This document shows positions 1 through 8,639 of a DNA stretch of 64,000 nt, piece after piece. The notes under the pieces were generated by a model, which had not been told where the DNA came from, ran no database searches, and worked only from the letters and a program-made list of their open reading frames with translations. Made by a program: the position numbers and the translations under genes. Numbering within the stretch: position 1 is the first letter of the stretch; the number at the start of each line of letters is the position of its first letter. The stretch is from Sulfurospirillum sp. (GTDB taxonomy: Bacteria > Campylobacterota > Campylobacteria > Campylobacterales > Arcobacteraceae), in contig JAKZMJ010000023.1 of the NCBI GenBank assembly GCA_030491005.1, positions 17,029 to 81,028 on the forward strand, given 5' to 3'.

Positions 1-24
1 GTTCGATTCTCACCATTCGCACCA
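1..24 (+). tRNA. 3' end of a tRNA cut by the window edge
   Basis: 'GTTCGATTCTCACCATTCGCACCA': TTCGATT T-loop, T-stem 3' strand, 7-nt acceptor strand, discriminator A, encoded CCA. The anticodon is outside the window, so identity is unknown. Confidence 0.6.
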
Positions 25-57
25 CTATTACATATAATATTTATCATTTATACTTTC

Positions 58-146
58 AGAGAGTTGACAGAGTTGGTCGAATGTACCGGTTTTGAAAACC
101 GGCGAGGGTCACACCTCCGGGGGTTCGAATCCCCCACTCTCTGCCA
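58..146 (+). tRNA. tRNA-Ser (anticodon UGA)
   Basis: 89-nt cloverleaf. Acceptor AGAGAGT/ACTCTCT. Anticodon stem CCGGT/ACCGG with loop TTTGAAA (UGA). Long variable arm. T-arm GGGGG-TTCGAAT-CCCCC, discriminator G, encoded CCA. Confidence 0.9.
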
Positions 147-227
147 CTTTTAAAAGATATACAAATACCTTAACAATCGACTTTAAAAGACTAAATAATG
201 TCTTGTTACTAGTTTTGTTCATAAAAT

Positions 228-350
228 GTTCGACTTAATGAAACTTTCGGGTGCCTAAAAACTTAAGTCAATATAGGTACTATAACGGTTTAAAAGGTTT
301 ATTTACAAATGGCTGTAAAAAAACACTAAAACTTGTCCAAACTGCTCACA
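228..350 (+). repeat. Copy 1 of a ~120-bp repeat (5' end of a transposase-like relic)
   Basis: 'GTTCGACTTAATGAAAC...AAAAAAACACTAAAACTTGTCCAAACTGCTCA' recurs at 661-782, roughly 70 percent identical by eye. Confidence 0.6.
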
Positions 351-480
351 ACATAACACAAGAAAAAGAGGTATCCGAAGAGGAATTACTAGATACTTTT
401 GTAATGATTGTAACACTTCATTTAGTTCAAAAAGAGAAGGGAACTGGAATGATAAAGGAGATCTTGTGTTTTTCCTGTGA
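309..480 (+). pseudogene. Degenerate 5' part of a zinc-ribbon transposase-like gene
   Basis: ATG 309 (MAVKK) is out of frame with a following C-x2-C-x17-C-x2-C ribbon 'KNTKTCPNCSQHNTRKRGIRRGITRYFCNDCNTSFSSKREG' (frame 319-480). One A fewer in the A7 run at 317-323 would join them. Track ORF 251-511 is another frame over the same DNA. Confidence 0.4.
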
Positions 481-660
481 TTCTAAAGCTATGATTAATA
501 ACCTTTTATAGTTCCTATTGCTATATAACTTCCATTTTGTAATCCATCTTTACCTCTAAGTAAAACTTCCATCCATATTTGACCATTTCCATAGCTTATT
601 TTTCTTTGAAAAAAATAGTTTGGAAGTAATTCATAGCTCCAAGTCTCACCTTTATCTAAA

Positions 661-782
661 GTCCGACTTAATGAAACAAACGGGGGTTTAAAAATAGCTC
701 TTAACTACGATACAATAGTATAAAACAAAGGATTTTTTATAATGGATTATAAAAAAGCACTAAAAAGTGTCCAAAATGCTCA
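661..782 (+). repeat. Copy 2 of the ~120-bp repeat
   Basis: 'GTCCGACTTAATGAAAC...AAAAAAGCACTAAAAAGTGTCCAAAATGCTCA', matching 228-350. Confidence 0.6.
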
Positions 783-1016
783 TCTAACAATATAATAAAA
801 ATTTACCATGGATTAGAAAGCAAATATATGAATATGATTCAGGAGAAAAGATTCATAATCCAAGAGCAATAAATTTAGTTTGTGATGCTACTTTTTATGG
901 TAAAAGAAAAGATAAATTAGGAACGTTAGTTTTTAAAGATGTTGAATCAAAAGAGATAGTAATTTCGAAGCACATTGAGAGTGAAACTATAAATGATTAT
1001 AAGTATCTTAAAGATT
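742..1016 (+). pseudogene. Second degenerate copy of the zinc-ribbon transposase-like gene, truncated by the IS5-family element
   Basis: ATG 742 (MDYKK) is followed by an A6 run. A half ribbon 'KSTKKCPKCSSNN' lies in a shifted frame. Frame 788-1016 then reads 'LPWIRKQIYEYDSGEKIHNPRAINLVCDATFYGKRKDKLGTLVFKDVESKEIV..DYKYLKDY', like the start of a DDE core. The reading ends at the IS end at 1017. Confidence 0.35.
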
Positions 1017-2514
1017 ATGAGACCACTGCACAGTATAATCCAACAAAGCAACCTATTTAAAGGTATTAAAAGCACTTTTCAGCTAAAATAACTTCACTAA
1101 GAAGAGGTAAAAATGGCATTTAAAGATACAAACAATACATTTTCAGATATAGCAGTAACATCAAGATTAGAAAAAGTAAATTCATTTCTTAAAGAGTTGG
1201 ACTCTATTATAGACTTTGATAAATTACGACCAGTACTAAATAGAAATGGAATTGCTAAAAGTAATGTAGCTGGAGCACCTGCTTATGATAATGTACTGAT
1301 GTTTAGAGTACTGTTACTCCAGAAGTATTACAATCTCTTTGATCAAGCCACTCAAGATGCACTCTATGTAAACCTACTCTTTATTAGATTTGTAGGACTT
1401 AGCCTAGAGGATAGTGTACCAGACGAGAGTACAATCTGTAGATTTAGAAATTCCCTACTCAAGAACCGACTTTATGATAAATTATTTAACTCTGTAAATA
1501 AACAATTAGAGAGTAAAAACCTGATAGCGAAAAAAGGAAAATCTGTTTTAATTGATGCTACTCTCATTAGAAGTGATAACACGCAAATAAAAAATAAGAC
1601 TAAAGAAGTATACAAAGAAGACAAGAAAGGTATTCAAACAATAAATGCTGAGTTAAATATAAAACTTGAAGTAGAGCTTCAATCCAAAAAGCCTTCAAAA
1701 AAGAAGATTCAAAGAATTCTTAATGCTAAAGCCTATAACTCCAAGACATACAAGAATGCACAACTTGATACACTACAAGGTATTGATACTAAAGATATAA
1801 AGACTTCTCAAATTATTATAAAGAATGAAGAAGATAGCTATAATCATCAAGATAAAATAGATAGTGAAGTAAGGATAGGCTTTCACGCATCAAAGAAACA
1901 ATATACACAAGGCTATAAAGTACATATAGCAGTAGATGAGCAAAGTGGTATTATTATCTCCCAACAAACCACCTTCGCAAATACTCACGATATAGACACA
2001 GTAAAAACATTTGTAAAAGATATAGATGGAATGAAAGCTCTTTATGCTGATAAAGCATATAACTCAAAAGATATAGATACTTTTTTAGAAAGTGAAAATA
2101 TAGAAAATATGGTATGTCTCAAAGAGAAACAAACTCTAAGGCAAGAACAGATTAAGCAGCAAAGAAAAGATGAAAAACCTAAACATAAGATTAGAGCTAA
2201 AGTTGAACATAGGTTTGCAGATATAAAAACTCAGATGAAAGGCTCAACTACAAAATTTATAGGACTCGTTAGAAATAATATGAATTTTACCCTTACCTGC
2301 ATAGCTACTAATCTTAGATTATTAGGACAAAGACAAATAAGACAAATAAGACAAAGATTATAAGTAGTTAGATGAATAATATAGAGTTAAAGAGCTTTAA
2401 TAGACTAAAAAAGCTCCTAAAAATGACTGAATCTAATTTTATTGAAGATGGATTTTTTTAAATATTTGAAAAAATAGGATATATGAGTACTTTTTAATTA
2501 TGCAGTCGGCTCAT
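1017..2514 (+). mobile_element. IS5-family insertion sequence (~1.5 kb)
   Basis: Imperfect terminal inverted repeats: ATGAGACCACTGCA (1017-1030) versus the reverse complement of TGCAGTCGGCTCAT (2501-2514). Single transposase ORF. The two flanks are unrelated (transposase relic on the left, intI fragment on the right) and no target duplication is visible. Confidence 0.7.
1113..2363 (+). CDS. IS5-family DDE transposase
   Basis: N-terminal 'YDNVLMFRVLLLQKYYNL..ALYVNLLFIRFVGLSLEDSVPDESTICRFRN' (DUF772-type). C-terminal 'ADKAYNSKDI..KIRAKVEHRFADIKTQM', typical of IS4/IS5 DDE transposases. Confidence 0.85.
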   Translation: MAFKDTNNTFSDIAVTSRLEKVNSFLKELDSIIDFDKLRPVLNRNGIAKSNVAGAPAYDNVLMFRVLLLQKYYNLFDQATQDALYVNLLFIRFVGLSLEDSVPDESTICRFRNSLLKNRLYDKLFNSVNKQLESKNLIAKKGKSVLIDATLIRSDNTQIKNKTKEVYKEDKKGIQTINAELNIKLEVELQSKKPSKKKIQRILNAKAYNSKTYKNAQLDTLQGIDTKDIKTSQIIIKNEEDSYNHQDKIDSEVRIGFHASKKQYTQGYKVHIAVDEQSGIIISQQTTFANTHDIDTVKTFVKDIDGMKALYADKAYNSKDIDTFLESENIENMVCLKEKQTLRQEQIKQQRKDEKPKHKIRAKVEHRFADIKTQMKGSTTKFIGLVRNNMNFTLTCIATNLRLLGQRQIRQIRQRL

Positions 2515-2661
2515 CAGGTAAGTCCTGCTACTTAGAATCAAGCTTTTAATGCTATATTATTTTTATATGAACAAGTATTAAGTATCTCCCTTAAAAATGA
2601 GAATATTCAGGCTTTACGAGCAAAGCAAAAAAAGCATATTCCTGTTGTTTTATCTATGGAA
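2514..2661 (+). pseudogene. intI: Internal fragment of the integron integrase gene (copy C)
   Basis: About 148 bp matching 12582-12729 and 9546-9693, including the same in-frame TAG (2533-2535). Bounded by the IS5 end on the left and a MITE on the right. Confidence 0.8.
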
Positions 2662-2663
2662 TA

Positions 2664-2858
2664 ACACCCCTGTGATTGAATATCCACCTTTATGATATAC
2701 TTCGACTTTATGAAACCGATACTAAGATAAAAGAGATTTAGCTATACTTAGTGCTTATAAAGATGGATATACACAAGTCAAGATAGCAACACATCTGAAA
2801 TTATCAACCTCAATGATTAGTAAGATTATCAAGAGTGGATATTCAATCACAGGGGTGT
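2664..2858 (+). mobile_element. 195-bp MITE (internal-deletion derivative of the 4330-5186 element), copy 1
   Basis: Perfect 24-bp terminal inverted repeats ACACCCCTGTGATTGAATATCCAC / GTGGATATTCAATCACAGGGGTGT. The interior equals the left ~45 bp plus the right ~150 bp of the full-length element. Confidence 0.85.
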
Positions 2859-2863
2859 AGTTT

Positions 2864-3067
2864 CTATTACAAGATAGAGTTGAAAAGAAATATTTAGGTA
2901 GAGTTATTTCTTATAATGATATGATTTTTATGTTAAGCAATGTTCTTACAACACTCTTTATAGGTATTATGGCTTCATATGTGTCCTTACAAACTATTAC
3001 AATAAGTATTGGAATGATGTTTTTTATAGTAGTATTTTATTACTCAAGGATTAAAAAATGGATATAG
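2864..3067 (+). pseudogene. 3' remnant of a membrane-transporter (MFS-like) gene truncated by the MITE
   Basis: Open frame 'LQDRVEKKYLGRVISYNDMIFMLSNVLTTLFIGIMASYVSLQTITISIGMMFFIVVFYYSRIKKWI*' has no start codon and begins at the MITE end. The hydrophobic C-terminal helices resemble MFS tails. Confidence 0.3.
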
Positions 3068-3282
3068 AAAAAAAAGTTTTACTTTTGGCTATTTTTAAAA
3101 AAAATGATAAAGAAAGTATAAATGATATTTTAATATCACTAGAAGAAGCAAAAGTATTTACTTTTAAAAAAGGTAAAACTTATATAAAAGAGTTAAAAAG
3201 TGATGCTTTTTTAGTAAATAATCTCTTATCATTTAAAGGTCTTACAAAAGCTAAAGAAATTGACACAGAATTTAAAATATAA
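3058..3282 (+). CDS. Hypothetical protein (74 aa)
   Basis: Track ORF. The ATG overlaps the stop of the preceding remnant by 10 nt. No recognisable motif. Confidence 0.35.
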   Translation: MDIEKKVLLLAIFKKNDKESINDILISLEEAKVFTFKKGKTYIKELKSDAFLVNNLLSFKGLTKAKEIDTEFKI

Positions 3283-3508
3283 TATTTATCATTATAAATG
3301 TGTTTTTAACAATAATTTACTAGTAATTATAACATTTTAGAACTTATGAAATTATTTTTAGATATTAAAATTCAATTTTGTTGAGTTCGTATAATATATT
3401 ATGATAATTAGGTTATAATGTTTGATAATAAATAGTTATGTATTAGATTAATATTAATTCGAAACTTTTTAGATATAATTAAAAGAAATACAAGCGAGAT
3501 AACCGTCT

Positions 3509-3963
3509 ATGGAACAAAATGATTTATTTACCTTTTTTGCTAGTTTGTCATCAATTATTTCACTTGTTTTAGCTTTATTAACTTTTTTTTTATTAATTCA
3601 TATTAGAGGTAAATTTCTCTTTAGATCTAATATTAAGAATTACAAAAATGATTTATTAAAAATAAGTAATGATATGAATATTTTACTAAACAATTTTCAA
3701 AAAATATTTATAATATTAATGAAATAATTGCAATTTCTGATGTACAATTAAGAACAATAGAAAAACATGCCACAAATAATCTTCTTGGTGATGTCAAAAA
3801 AACACGAAATAAAATTAAAGATTACAATCAAGAGAAATTATTTTTTGTAAAAAAAAAGAATTATAGAACAGAATCTGTTGCAAGAGAAATAAAACTACTA
3901 ATTGTAACAATTATTAATGAATTGGACATTGTAAAAAAAGAAATAACTGTTGGAGTACAATAA
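3509..3963 (+). pseudogene. Hypothetical membrane-anchored protein, apparently frameshifted
   Basis: Track ORF 3509-3727 has an N-terminal TM helix 'LFTFFASLSSIISLVLALLTFFLLI' and stops at 3727. Another frame stays open from ~3673 to the TAA at 3961-3963 ('...IIAISDVQLRTIEKHATNNLLGDVKKTRNKIKDY...KKEITVGVQ'). The switch lies near the A-run at ~3692. Confidence 0.3.
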
Positions 3964-4322
3964 TGACACAAACTGAAACTATTAAAATAATTGAAAAATT
4001 AATTGAATTAACACAACACAAAAATGTAATTTGGTTAAACTATAATGGTAATATGACACTAGCATCTCATGAAAAATGTGAGTCTGCATATTCTACTGAA
4101 TACCTAAATAAAAGTATACGAGTTTATAAATATTCATATCAGTATTGGACTGATGAAGATACTTATCATTGGATAGATGATACACGTTTTGAATTTTATG
4201 ATAAAACTTATGGTACTACATTATATATATTCCCAAAAGTTACAAATACCGATGAACTATTAACAACTATTATGTATCAAAATTCAGGAGTAGATAGTTT
4301 TTATTCTCAAATGTTTAAATAA
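3963..4322 (+). CDS. Hypothetical protein (119 aa)
   Basis: Track ORF. The ATG overlaps the upstream stop (TAATG at 3961-3965). No recognisable motif. Confidence 0.45.
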   Translation: MTQTETIKIIEKLIELTQHKNVIWLNYNGNMTLASHEKCESAYSTEYLNKSIRVYKYSYQYWTDEDTYHWIDDTRFEFYDKTYGTTLYIFPKVTNTDELLTTIMYQNSGVDSFYSQMFK

Positions 4323-4329
4323 TAAATAA

Positions 4330-5186
4330 ACACCCCTGTGATTGAATATCCACCTTTATGATATACTTCTAAATTAATACAAGTAAGGATATTAGATGCC
4401 AACAAGATTAAGAGTAGATTTAGCAGGATATCATCACATAATAAATCGAGGGGTAAACCGTTGCGATATTTTTAATAGTACTGATGACAAAGAGATGTTT
4501 TTACAAATTTTAAATAAGAGTGCTACTATGCATAAAGCTATTGTTCATGATTACTGCTTGATGGATAATCATTATCATATACTTTTAGAGACTAGTAAAG
4601 ATAATCTATCTTTGTTAATGAGAGTGATAAACGCTAACTATGCAAAATATTTTAATAAAAAATACAAAAGAAGTGGGCATCTCTGGCAAGATAGATATAA
4701 ATCAAAATATATCATATCAGATAATTATCTCTACACTCTTTTACGATACATAGAAAACAACCCACTTGAAGCATCTATGGCTACTAAAGTATGTGAATAT
4801 CCATATACACTTTCCTATGTATTGTTTAATGCTAAAACATACTATCCATGCTGTAATGACTCCATACTAATAAAAGAGTTTGATATAAAAACATTAAATG
4901 AGTTTTTAGGAGAACCAATAAGTGAAGATGAATTAGAGTATTTAAAAACTAAAGAAAAACAAAAAATATACAAAAAAGATAATAAAATAGAGATTAATCA
5001 ATGATAAATAAACAAAAGAATTTTTAGAATATTTTTATGAAACCGATACTAAGATAAAAAGAGATTTAGCTATACTTAGTGCTTATAAAGATGGATATAC
5101 ACAAGTCAAGATAGCAACACATCTGAAATTATCAACCTCAATGATTAGTAAGATTATCAAGAGTGGATATTCAATCACAGGGGTGT
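4330..5186 (+). mobile_element. Full-length Y1-transposase element with 24-bp terminal inverted repeats (parent of the MITEs)
   Basis: Same TIRs as the MITEs at 4330-4353 and 5163-5186. Carries the Y1 transposase ORF plus a downstream HTH-coding segment. Confidence 0.75.
4396..5004 (+). CDS. IS200-like / REP-associated (RAYT-like) Y1 tyrosine transposase domain protein
   Basis: 'YHHIINRGVNR', HUH motif in 'DYCLMDNHYHILLET', and 'SGHLWQDRYKSKYIISDNYLYTLLRYIENNPLEA' with the catalytic Tyr region. This is the Y1_Tnp (PF01797) pattern. Confidence 0.8.
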   Translation: MPTRLRVDLAGYHHIINRGVNRCDIFNSTDDKEMFLQILNKSATMHKAIVHDYCLMDNHYHILLETSKDNLSLLMRVINANYAKYFNKKYKRSGHLWQDRYKSKYIISDNYLYTLLRYIENNPLEASMATKVCEYPYTLSYVLFNAKTYYPCCNDSILIKEFDIKTLNEFLGEPISEDELEYLKTKEKQKIYKKDNKIEINQ

Positions 5187-5188
5187 AG
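5012..5188 (+). pseudogene. HTH (DnaA-C-terminal-like) segment detached from the Y1 transposase by stops and a frame change
   Basis: Frame open from 5012: 'TKEFLEYFYETDTKIKRDLAILSAYKDGYTQVKIATHLKLSTSMISKIIKSGYSITGV*'. No start codon. It is in a different frame from 4396-5004. The TAG lies at the element tip. Confidence 0.5.
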
Positions 5189-5977
5189 TTTTAAACTATT
5201 TAAGTTTTTTGGTGTATATCCATGATATTTTTTAAATATTTTAATCATATATGACTGATCATTAAATCCACATTCATATGCTATTTGTGCTAATGGTATT
5301 TTTTTTTCTATCATTTGCTTAGCCCAATTTACTCTTTTTATTTGAATATATTGACTAGGTGTAATACCCAAACAGTTTTTAAATATTTTTTGAAAATAAA
5401 ATTTTGATAAATTTATTTGTAAAGATATATCATCTAATGATAAATTATCTTTCATATCTATATTATTCATATATTCTAATGCTTTTTTTATATTTTTTTT
5501 TGGAGAAGTAATATTTGCTATGGTATAACAATTTTTTATTGTGTGATGCTCTAACATATACTCAAAGAACTCCATTACAGATAAATTAATTTCAAGTTGA
5601 TTTATAGCTTTATCAATAAAGGAGTAGTACATTGCATAGAATAGTTTAGTTGCTTTTTCATCATTAACTATTGTTTTAAACTCTATCTTGTTTTTTATAT
5701 TAGACTGTATCATATCTCCTAATATAGAATCAACAAAATCAATGCTAGGCATAATATTTATACAAGACCAAGTACTATCTAATGTTGTATGAAATTCATA
5801 AGGATTTACAACTTGTAGAATACCAGAAGACAGACAATATTTCTCATTTTCATTTTTGTAAAGTAATTTACCTTTATATATTAAGCTAAAATAATAATAA
5901 TCATGAAAATGCTTATTAAAATTAATATTTGTAAATTTATTGTTAATAAATGATAAATGTTCTGTATAGTTTAACAA
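5171..5977 (-). CDS. AraC-family transcriptional regulator
   Basis: N-terminal cupin-like half. C-terminal double HTH 'LSLDDISLQINLSKFYFQKIFKNCLGITPSQYIQIKRVNWAKQMIE..IAYECGFNDQSYMIKIFKKYHGYTP'. The last 5 codons and the stop lie inside the transposon TIR. Confidence 0.85.
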   Translation of the reverse strand: MLNYTEHLSFINNKFTNINFNKHFHDYYYFSLIYKGKLLYKNENEKYCLSSGILQVVNPYEFHTTLDSTWSCINIMPSIDFVDSILGDMIQSNIKNKIEFKTIVNDEKATKLFYAMYYSFIDKAINQLEINLSVMEFFEYMLEHHTIKNCYTIANITSPKKNIKKALEYMNNIDMKDNLSLDDISLQINLSKFYFQKIFKNCLGITPSQYIQIKRVNWAKQMIEKKIPLAQIAYECGFNDQSYMIKIFKKYHGYTPKNLNSLKLHPCD

Positions 5978-5994
5978 ACTAAATCCTTTACTTA

Positions 5995-6879
5995 TTATAA
6001 CTGATTATCTTCTTTTATTCCTAATAAAGTAGCAACAAATATCAATAATCCTCCAAAAATAATATTTAATGTTAAAGTTTCACCAATTAATATTATAGCA
6101 AATAGTACTCCAAATAATGGCTCAGTTCCCATTAAGAAACTTGCTCTAGTTGGTGTAGAATATTTTACTCCATAATTTTGAGCAAAAAATGCAAATATTG
6201 TACAAAATACTATAATAAATATCATAGGAATCCAAAATTCAAATGCAAGAGGTATTAAAATATCTGTATTTATTTGCAATAATAACAATAAACTAATAAA
6301 AAATATAATACCCATTTGTACTTGTGTTAGAATTAATGAATTAATACTAAATTTGTTAGTAAATACTTTTGTAGAAGTAAGCATAGTTGCTCGTAAAATA
6401 GCTGCAATTAATATCAAAATATCTCCAATATTAATAGTAAAAGTTTTATTATAAGTTAATATAAAAATGCCAAAGACAGACGTTATTGCTGCAATAATTA
6501 GCTTACTACTTGGTTTATTTTTTGTTCTAATTATATCAATAAATGGAGTGAAAATTATAGACAAAGATATTAAAATTGCTGCATTTGTAGCTGTTGTATA
6601 TTTAATTCCATACACTTCAGCTACAAAAATTCCACTTAATATTAATCCTAAAAAAGAGCCATATAGAACTACTATTTTGGGAGTATTAATTAAACTTTTA
6701 ATTGTAAAAGGTAGTAATATTAAAAATGTGATTCCAAATCTTATTACTAAAAATAATAATACTGGAGTATAGTCTAACAATCCTTTTGTTAAACTATAGC
6801 TTAATCCCCATATTACAGCAACACTTAATAGTAATATATCACTTAAATAGTTTTTATAAATTATACTAAAAATTTTCAA
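5995..6879 (-). CDS. EamA/DMT-family transporter
   Basis: About 10 TM helices in two EamA-like halves (294 aa). The start overlaps the upstream gene by 14 nt. Confidence 0.8.
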   Translation of the reverse strand: MKIFSIIYKNYLSDILLLSVAVIWGLSYSLTKGLLDYTPVLLFLVIRFGITFLILLPFTIKSLINTPKIVVLYGSFLGLILSGIFVAEVYGIKYTTATNAAILISLSIIFTPFIDIIRTKNKPSSKLIIAAITSVFGIFILTYNKTFTINIGDILILIAAILRATMLTSTKVFTNKFSINSLILTQVQMGIIFFISLLLLLQINTDILIPLAFEFWIPMIFIIVFCTIFAFFAQNYGVKYSTPTRASFLMGTEPLFGVLFAIILIGETLTLNIIFGGLLIFVATLLGIKEDNQL

Positions 6880-8638
6880 ACATTACTACTAATACATCTC
6901 TAAATGAGTCTATATTATTATTTATAGCGTTAATTTCAGATACACCATGTTTAATATAAGGATCATTTAGTAGGCATAAATCACATTTATCTTCCATATT
7001 AAAATTTGAAATAAAATTTTCATCTAAATCAGTTATCGTACTCATACCTCCAGATACATTATATTTATTAACCAATAATACTGATGTAAAGTCATCACCA
7101 TCTCTATGTAGTCCTTCAGGTGTTGGCTTACCCACATTTCCATTTGAAATAATTCTATTTGCAAATATTTTTATTTTCCAAGTTTTACACATTAAAGTAT
7201 TACTAAATAAGTTACCTAACCACTTTATATATTCATTAAAAAATAAAGTATTTGTCATTTCTTTTTCTAGTGGTTCATAGTATCTTTCAATATCACCATT
7301 TAATGAATTTATATGAGATGATTGCATGTATGGCACATGTGGCAATAATTCTAATTTTGATACCTCTATATTGAATTTGTATTCACTATAGCGTCTATAT
7401 CTATATAACCCACCATCTGCCATGTAAGTATCTTGCTTTAAATTATTCCAAAAACTACTAAATCTTTCCCAGTCAGCTAATTCAAAAAAGTCCCAATTTT
7501 TAATAAATTGTTTACCATTATTACACAAAAATTTATTTTTCTTTAAATTGTATATTATATTATCATTGAAATTATCATTTACTATAATATTTTTTTGAGA
7601 TTCTGATTTTGCTTTACTACTTTCCCAATTATCTCTATCTGTTAAATATAATGGATTATCTGCAACGATAGATATAGGAGCAAATTGTCCTTTCAATAAT
7701 TTATAAGTTACAGTTCCAGAAATTTTATGACTTAATTGCGATATAAAAGAATAAGCAGATTCTGCAACTTCATCATACCATCTGCCTTCAACTGCTTCTT
7801 GTGTCCATACTTGCCCCATGTATTGTTTTTTTATTAATAATGGTGTTGTTAGTATTGCCATTTCTAAATGTTTGTAAGCATTCATCAAGATAGATGCAGC
7901 TGGCATTTCTCTTACTTCTAAAACTTTTTCTTGATTGTATAAATGTTCTAAACCAATATATCTACCTGCACCAGACAATCCTACTCTAATGTTTAGTGTT
8001 TCAATTAACGATACAATATCAATTGTTTTATTATCAACAGAACTTGGTATTCCTTTTTCAAATGTAATTTTAATTTCATCTTGATAATTATTTTTTGGAA
8101 GAATAGACCATTTATACACATCTTCATCTAAATTAAAATTCTCTGGATTATCTAATGGACCAGACTCATACTCTCTACACCATAAATTAGCATCCCCACT
8201 TAATTTTCTTTCACTTAAAAAAGAAAATCCATGTTCTCCAAGAAATAAAGCTTTTTCTTTTCTTGATATTGCAGTATATTCATAAGGAGAACCATAATAG
8301 CCATTGAATTTTAATGATTTAATCGAACCATTTAATCGTCTTAAACTATTTTGGGATTGATTTGCTGTATGTATTACTATATCGCAATTATTTTCTATAG
8401 CTACTTCAAGAGCTTTTTTTGCAATAATAGGTCTACTTAAAGAAGAACTTACGGGAAACATTTCTAAATATTTTGCTTGAGCTTGTATTGCTGGGATAAC
8501 TGAATCTTGTACAAATTCTTCTTTCGCATCAATAATTTTTAATTCAATTGATAATTTATCTGTAATTATAGATAGTTGATCTTTATCAATTTCTTCTCCT
8601 AAATCTACTGCTACTGCTATAATCTTTTTAAAATTCAT
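6866..8638 (-). CDS. Fusion protein: argininosuccinate-synthase-like domain + PF10014 2OG-Fe(II) oxygenase domain
   Basis: N-terminal half is ArgG-like ('IIAVAVDLGEE', 'SSSLSRPIIAKKALEVA', 'LSGDANLWCREYESGPLDNPE'). C-terminal half is like L-isoleucine dioxygenase IDO ('YRYRRYSEY', 'PTPEGLHRDGDD', 'IKHGVSEI', 'FRDVLVVMF'). Confidence 0.75.
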   Translation of the reverse strand: MNFKKIIAVAVDLGEEIDKDQLSIITDKLSIELKIIDAKEEFVQDSVIPAIQAQAKYLEMFPVSSSLSRPIIAKKALEVAIENNCDIVIHTANQSQNSLRRLNGSIKSLKFNGYYGSPYEYTAISRKEKALFLGEHGFSFLSERKLSGDANLWCREYESGPLDNPENFNLDEDVYKWSILPKNNYQDEIKITFEKGIPSSVDNKTIDIVSLIETLNIRVGLSGAGRYIGLEHLYNQEKVLEVREMPAASILMNAYKHLEMAILTTPLLIKKQYMGQVWTQEAVEGRWYDEVAESAYSFISQLSHKISGTVTYKLLKGQFAPISIVADNPLYLTDRDNWESSKAKSESQKNIIVNDNFNDNIIYNLKKNKFLCNNGKQFIKNWDFFELADWERFSSFWNNLKQDTYMADGGLYRYRRYSEYKFNIEVSKLELLPHVPYMQSSHINSLNGDIERYYEPLEKEMTNTLFFNEYIKWLGNLFSNTLMCKTWKIKIFANRIISNGNVGKPTPEGLHRDGDDFTSVLLVNKYNVSGGMSTITDLDENFISNFNMEDKCDLCLLNDPYIKHGVSEINAINNNIDSFRDVLVVMFENF

Positions 8639-8639
8639 T

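Noticed and set aside
251-511. 86-aa track ORF next to tRNA-Ser
   Set aside because: It overlaps, in a different frame, a much more convincing zinc-ribbon reading (CPNC..CNDC). It shares its 5' region with a second degenerate copy at 661-782. It is best explained as a frame artefact within a transposase relic.
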